Shown here: piece by piece, positions 57,842 to 64,000 of the stretch | Numbering within the stretch: position 1 is the stretch's first letter | Layout: each line of letters begins with the position of its first letter | Origin: Andalucia godoyi And28 | Taxonomy: Eukaryota; Protista; Jakobida | NCBI GenBank assembly: GCA_009859145.1 | Contig: VRVR01000011.1 | Location: forward strand, 136,097 to 200,096 | Direction of reading: 5' to 3' | Length of the DNA stretch: 64,000 nt | Made by a program: the position numbers and the translations under genes | The notes under the pieces: generated by a model | What the model saw: only the letters and a program-made list of their open reading frames with translations | The model's database searches: none | Told to the model about the DNA's origin: nothing

Positions 57842-60691
57842 TCATTCTCCACTGCGATAAAACATATTAAAGTTGATTCGCATCAGAAACGGTGACAAAA
57901 ACGTTGCGTTTCCCGTGGCAACCATTTTGGTGATAATGGTAATCAGCACATCCACAGCAGCAGAGAATCGATCACGAATGACAGGGACCGTTTGCAAACC
58001 AAATGAGAATTCTCGAATCAACTGCAATATTTTTGATACCTGATTCCACACAACACGCATCTGAGGAGTCACCAGGCAGCGATTGGCAGCGCCGCGAACA
58101 TAGGTGCGGTGAATTTCTACGAGTTGCTGCAAGTCTCTTGCCTTGTCAATCTTATCGGATAAATCTGCCCACGTTATTCCAATTGCCTCGCTCATCAAAT
58201 AATAAAGAAGCGCGTCCAGGAATTGGATCATGGAGAATCGCAGCATGAGTGCTCCAAATGATCCAGAAACACTCTCCATGCTTTTCTCTCTGCACAGGTG
58301 TCGCGCATGATGGATTTGAAGAAGAAATCGGAAGACGGATTGATAGTGCGAAACACAGTCGCGATCTAACAGGGAGGATATCGGATACGGAACATCGTAC
58401 GAAAAGGACAGACAATCAATCGCATCAAGAGTGGAGAAGCCATTCTTGTGTCTGCGCGTGTCCGAAATGCCAAGACTTGTTGCTGTCGTGGAGGCGGTGA
58501 TCGAAGACTGGTCGTTCTCCATCGAAATGTTCACCCGAAAACGATCAAGATACTCTCTGTGAAGATAACCGCAAGTGTCTACCGATTCGACAAAGAAGCC
58601 AGTAATGGTGGAAGAAAGGAGCATTCCGGATGTGGAAAACAGCCGAGAATAGAATTCGTAGCAAAGGTCCCCCTGCTCCATAAAATACACGGCGCGAAGT
58701 GTCGCCAAATGAATCAAGACATGGCAGCGATCCTTGATGAGCGTTGAGAAGGAGCTGGATAAGAAAGATACTTGGAGGTTCACACGATCGGCCAAGTCCT
58801 CATGGAGGTGGTCTACCAATCTGGATGTGCGAGCCGCCACACCGTAAGAAGGCGATTTCGGAGACGCCGCTGAGACCGGAGAATAGACTATTCGAGGTTG
58901 TGAATTTTGTCGCTTCGCAGTGGAACGCAATGACGTTAGTGAGGACTCTGCAAAGTTCTTCTTCCACAGTGGACGGGGAGGCGTTTGCATCGAAGACACG
59001 GCATGCTTGCTTGGCGGGGCGCCAGAAGATGTTTCCGTGTCAGTAGCGTCCGCGTCTGCGTCTCCATCCTCCTCTCCGCTTTCTTTCCACGATGTGCGAA
59101 TGTGCTGCAGCAGTAGAACATTCAAACCCGCCTCGTAGATTGAACCCGCCATCTTCGACGGAATGAATATTGGAACCTTGTCAGGCGCCAGAACGAACCC
59201 GCTGGACTCGTCATTCCGAACAAAAAACTCTTCAAAAGGATCGTGCAGGAATCCCTCGAACACCCAAGTCTCAACAAGCTGCACAAATGGCGCAAACGCC
59301 AGATTCAACATTCCATACATGTCCCCACGATACAAAAGATCGGCTGCGCCTTGACGCTCGAGATCTTGTACGTGATCAAAGATGGAAGACAGGATGTCGG
59401 CCGATCTTGATCCAGCTGTGACATGGCGCTGGCAGATTGAATGGTAAACGGACCATTCCAGAGAAATCTCTTCCGCAAACGTCCTGAGACGCAAAATAGA
59501 AGGCAACTTCACCATGAAGTCTTTCTCAAAATCCGACAGAGCTGCGAACAATTCATGTCTTCGGCTTTCGACATGATATGCGAATCCTGCTGCGGACCAC
59601 CCCGCCAACTGAGAAACAGTCTGCAAAGACGATCGCAGGAAGGATGCCGCCCTTAAAACCTCGGCAATAAACGATCCTGTTATACCCGGAGTTGCATTGG
59701 CCACCACAATGCGGTGAGGAACATATCTGTAAATTCCCAGATCCGCGTGCCATTCCGCAAACTCAACGTCTGCACCACGCAGCACTCCGCAACATTCCCG
59801 AATGAGCTCCTTGGGCTGCACGACTCGCACATGCTCATATACACGGGAATCCGATGCGTTTGTGAACAGTTGTTCGGTGGGTACCGACGATGTTGATACA
59901 ACTTCACGAAGCATCAGGTCATCCAAGGGCTGTGAAAAGAACGATGGTCTCTCTTGACCGAAAGTTCCAAGAAACGACGCAAACAACGTGTCTTGATTCG
60001 ATTCCTGAATTGCACTTTTCTCGGCTGGAAAGTTGCGAATAGGCTCTGTGGTCGAGACGCTCTCGCCGTCTGAAGCCGTGTCCGTGGAACCCATCTCGTT
60101 CGATTCAAAGTCACCCTCTTCACCTTCCTGGGAATCATGGTCAAAATCCAGGGCCCATTCACCAAGATCGCCATCCTTAGCTGACAGTTCATCCCGAATG
60201 AAAGCCGGAAGCTCGTGAATTGGAACGACTGCAGCATTCTCGAAGCGATCCAAGGACGCAACTGAATCCAGATACCGCTGCTTCAGCATATCATCAAAAG
60301 ACTCGAAAAACTCTGACATTTCCTCTGCTGATTTTTCCAAAGGCTTATAAGACACCTCCAGGAGAACAAGCAGTATAGACGCATTCACTCCATCCATTGG
60401 ATTTCCAATGTCTGTTCGCAATACGTGATTCATGGCACGTTGGAGTCGGCTTGCGATTTCCAATTTCGAGTCCAATTCAAATCGATCTATCATCCCCACA
60501 TATCTCTTTTCAACACTCGCTCGAGATGGGGTGAGAAAAGTATGCTCCGTAATAGATTTGTACGCATAATCAAACAACGTGGCAATTTGCCCATCGTCTT
60601 GGACTCCCATTCCAAGTATAAGTGATTCCAGCAATGCCCGCAATTTCAAGTCTCGCTGCGAAGCGTATCGCGACAACATAGGTCTAGCCAT
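57842..60691 (-). CDS. TUBGCP5: Gamma-tubulin complex component, most like GCP5
   Basis: The N-terminus FDYAYKSITEHTFLTP...RFELDSK...SILLVLLEVS follows the GCP5 pattern. GRIP motifs include LHDPFEEFFV, LRAVYFMEQGD and YQSVFRFLLQI. Confidence 0.85.
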   Translation of the reverse strand: MARPMLSRYASQRDLKLRALLESLILGMGVQDDGQIATLFDYAYKSITEHTFLTPSRASVEKRYVGMIDRFELDSKLEIASRLQRAMNHVLRTDIGNPMDGVNASILLVLLEVSYKPLEKSAEEMSEFFESFDDMLKQRYLDSVASLDRFENAAVVPIHELPAFIRDELSAKDGDLGEWALDFDHDSQEGEEGDFESNEMGSTDTASDGESVSTTEPIRNFPAEKSAIQESNQDTLFASFLGTFGQERPSFFSQPLDDLMLREVVSTSSVPTEQLFTNASDSRVYEHVRVVQPKELIRECCGVLRGADVEFAEWHADLGIYRYVPHRIVVANATPGITGSFIAEVLRAASFLRSSLQTVSQLAGWSAAGFAYHVESRRHELFAALSDFEKDFMVKLPSILRLRTFAEEISLEWSVYHSICQRHVTAGSRSADILSSIFDHVQDLERQGAADLLYRGDMYGMLNLAFAPFVQLVETWVFEGFLHDPFEEFFVRNDESSGFVLAPDKVPIFIPSKMAGSIYEAGLNVLLLQHIRTSWKESGEEDGDADADATDTETSSGAPPSKHAVSSMQTPPRPLWKKNFAESSLTSLRSTAKRQNSQPRIVYSPVSAASPKSPSYGVAARTSRLVDHLHEDLADRVNLQVSFLSSSFSTLIKDRCHVLIHLATLRAVYFMEQGDLCYEFYSRLFSTSGMLLSSTITGFFVESVDTCGYLHREYLDRFRVNISMENDQSSITASTTATSLGISDTRRHKNGFSTLDAIDCLSFSYDVPYPISSLLDRDCVSHYQSVFRFLLQIHHARHLCREKSMESVSGSFGALMLRFSMIQFLDALLYYLMSEAIGITWADLSDKIDKARDLQQLVEIHRTYVRGAANRCLVTPQMRVVWNQVSKILQLIREFSFGLQTVPVIRDRFSAAVDVLITIITKMVATGNATFLSPFLMRINFNMFYRSGE

Positions 60692-61163
60692 GACATTCAG
60701 CGATGCTTATTTTCTCTCCGCTACCCAAGTGCTGTTTTTGAAGCCTTTTCGCCTCTTTATCCGTTTCAATAAACAATTCCTTATTGATTGATTCTTTGTT
60801 TATAATTTCATTTTGGAGTTTTGTCTTTGGATGAAGAAAACGGAAGAAATGGAAATGGCGGGAGACTTTTCCAATTTCGTGAGGTGCGTCTACGGTACTG
60901 ACGTTTCTTGTCTCGCGCGACTTGTCTTCCGAGAGTTTACTGTATTTTTTTCTCCACTTGATTCATCATTATTGGCTTTACTCAACCAAGGATCGTTGTG
61001 AGATGGTGATGCGGTGAGATGCGGTCCGCGGGAAATCGAACAGCATGCGGTGCCAGAAGAAGATGTCGGGCAGCACGAACGGAGGAAGAAGAGGAGGGGG
61101 GCGGGAATATATACCAAAACGACACCTTTCAAAAAAACCCTCCCCCCGACAAGACCGCTCGGC

Positions 61164-62301
<1,138 letters not shown>

Positions 62302-62615
62302 TTTTCTTCTTTCAGTGCCCTGACTTTTCCCCCCAGCCCCGCAGACAAGAATGAAGAAACACTCGTGGGAACTTGGAAAACGTGTCGTGCACCAGCGCTG
62401 CAAGTGGGTTTTCACACATACACACTCTCTCACACAGTCAAGCACTGTATCAGCTTGATGCTTACCAGTCCCGAAATGGGTCACGTTTTGGAGAAAACAC
62501 TATGCACGTGGAAATTCGTTTCCCTTTTCTTTTCTTTTCTTTTCTTTCTATTCTATTCAGAGAGACAGAGAGAAAGAAAGAAAGAAAGAAAGAAGGAGAA
62601 AAGGTGGTATTGGAA

Positions 62616-63257
62616 ATGTCTCTTAAATCCGAACTGCATGCATCCTTGGAAAAGCTAGAGGCGAATGCATTGACGCTGTTCGCTGCGATTTCTCAATACG
62701 AAGGAGCCTCTGCGAAAGTTCCCGAGAAGTTGGTGCGTGTGTTTGAAGAGAATGATCGACTGCAGGAATTGCTGAGCAAATTAAAGCAGCACCAAGAGCG
62801 GCAGTCGCATTTGGAAAAGCTGCAGAAGGAATCACAACAACTGGAAAAGCAGACTCGAAAGACGATTCACACGCTGCTGGAGGCACAGACCGAGCTACTC
62901 AACGCTCAAGATCTTTGCTCTGCAGTACTCCGAAGACAGCCTCAAAAGATCCCGGTGGATACTCTTGTCGAGTATGCTCGACAGATTAGGTTCACATCCA
63001 TGGCTCCATCGTGGTGGCAGCCCGGTCTTGAACTCGGACTGTACAAGCCACCCGCACCCCGAAAGAACGTGGAAGTGCAGCAGAGTTGTTTGTGGCCACA
63101 CTTGCAAGACGCTGGCCAGACCTTGTCGGGCACTGCTTTGGGTCATCCAGAAAAGGTAGAACACGAAGAGATCCACGTTTCGGATGAAATGTTCGCTGCA
63201 AGTCGGAGATCACGAAAGCGTGATCGACAAGAAGAGTTTGAAGACGAGTTCATTTAG
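62616..63257 (+). CDS. MED4: Mediator subunit 4
   Basis: Coiled-coil N-half, then VDTLVEYARQIRFTSMAPSWWQPG...YKPPAP; ATG 62616 follows a purine-rich leader. Confidence 0.8.
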   Translation: MSLKSELHASLEKLEANALTLFAAISQYEGASAKVPEKLVRVFEENDRLQELLSKLKQHQERQSHLEKLQKESQQLEKQTRKTIHTLLEAQTELLNAQDLCSAVLRRQPQKIPVDTLVEYARQIRFTSMAPSWWQPGLELGLYKPPAPRKNVEVQQSCLWPHLQDAGQTLSGTALGHPEKVEHEEIHVSDEMFAASRRSRKRDRQEEFEDEFI

Positions 63258-63497
63258 AGATCCTGCACTTGTCAACTGCGACGCGCACACGCGTGTATAC
63301 TATGCCGAAGAGCACAATATCAAAGGAGCTGAAGAAACTTTTCAGTTTTATATACATTGATTTCGAGGATATGCTGCTGTGTTTTCTGTTGCTCTTGTTC
63401 TGGTTGTTGACAATTTTCTTTCTTGCTTCCATTCCGCGGTGCTCGCTTTTGCGGTCTTTTGGGCCTGTGAAAAAGAAAAATGCTGCCGTAATCATGT

Positions 63498-64000
63498 CTA
63501 TGGGATTACATTCGCAATCACGCATGGGATTGCATCTTCCAACGGCACTTCCAGAGTGAATGAGATCCCGATGTACTTGATAGTGACGGATCCGAGGAAG
63601 GACATTCCGGTCACCCTCTCATTGACGCACTGTGTGTACACCGCAGAATATTCCGGGCCCGTCTTTGTATCCTTCTGCTTGACGACGTACTTTGTTGTTT
63701 TCTTCGCTGGCAATGATTCAGATCCTTTCTCAATTTCAAAGAGGACGAGCCCCGAGGGTGAATGAGTGGCCTTCAGAAGCAGCTTTTGAATCTCCACTTT
63801 GAAGTAGTTGTCATTTTGAATATTCAAAAACATATCCAAATCGTATTGAATGACGAAGTTGTTTCCCTCTTGTCGCAGCGTGAATACAGACTCCGACACG
63901 TTCTTCTCCTTGATTTTGGGAATACGGGGAAAGATAAAGAACAAAATTAAGGCCACGGTTGCAATCGACAGAATGAATCCTAAAAAGCACGAGAGAAACA
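63498..64000 (-). CDS. TMEM106/LEA_2-like single-pass membrane protein; 5' end outside the window
   Basis: The frame is open to the right edge: TM helix FLSCFLGFILSIATVALILFFIF, then PRIP and LNIQNDNYFKVEIQKL, a typical TMEM106/LEA_2 layout. Confidence 0.6.
   Translation of the reverse strand, partial: FLSCFLGFILSIATVALILFFIFPRIPKIKEKNVSESVFTLRQEGNNFVIQYDLDMFLNIQNDNYFKVEIQKLLLKATHSPSGLVLFEIEKGSESLPAKKTTKYVVKQKDTKTGPEYSAVYTQCVNERVTGMSFLGSVTIKYIGISFTLEVPLEDAIPCVIANVIP

Noticed and set aside
57908-57922. RFX X-box-like GTTTCCCGTGGCAAC
   Set aside because: It lies inside the GCP5 coding sequence near its 3' end, not in a promoter.
1-60691. Apparent concentration of cell-cycle genes (APC6, Cdc25, Mei2-like, GCP5)
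   Set aside because: They are interspersed with unrelated housekeeping genes, with no shared orientation or adjacency to suggest a functional cluster.

Overview
A gene-dense, almost intron-free eukaryotic nuclear segment with T-rich and microsatellite-rich spacers. It is probably from a compact-genome flagellated aerobic protist (it has DNAAF2 and mitochondrial genes), but the species cannot be determined from the sequence. About 30 protein-coding genes are supported: APC6/Cdc16 (missed by the ORF track, runs off the left edge), an F-box/LRR-like protein, an ELAPOR-like membrane protein, PDH E2, taspase, Cdc25, presenilin, a two-exon coiled-coil gene, a Spinster MFS transporter, DNAAF2, mitochondrial IF2, NOP15/NIFK, TIPRL, BolA, a WD40 protein, a 3164-aa HUWE1/Tom1 HECT ligase, SDHAF3, MMAB, TCF25, a Mei2-like protein, an IGHMBP2 helicase, GCP5, UCH37, MED4 and a TMEM106/LEA2-like protein. 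The most interesting material is intergenic. (1) Three internally deleted relics of a Fanzor2/IS607-TnpB-type RNA-guided nuclease element (43.5, 54.2 and 57.5 kb) have lost the nuclease but kept a structured, omegaRNA-like right end ending in AATGTA(G/C)G. They fall into two scaffold subtypes, and each has a different flanking candidate guide. (2) A second, unrelated two-copy dispersed element (8.6-9.1 kb and 53.7-54.0 kb) carries a decayed basic ORF start followed by a conserved multi-hairpin module with a GCAA-capped ~20-bp stem. No tRNA, rRNA or CRISPR array was seen.
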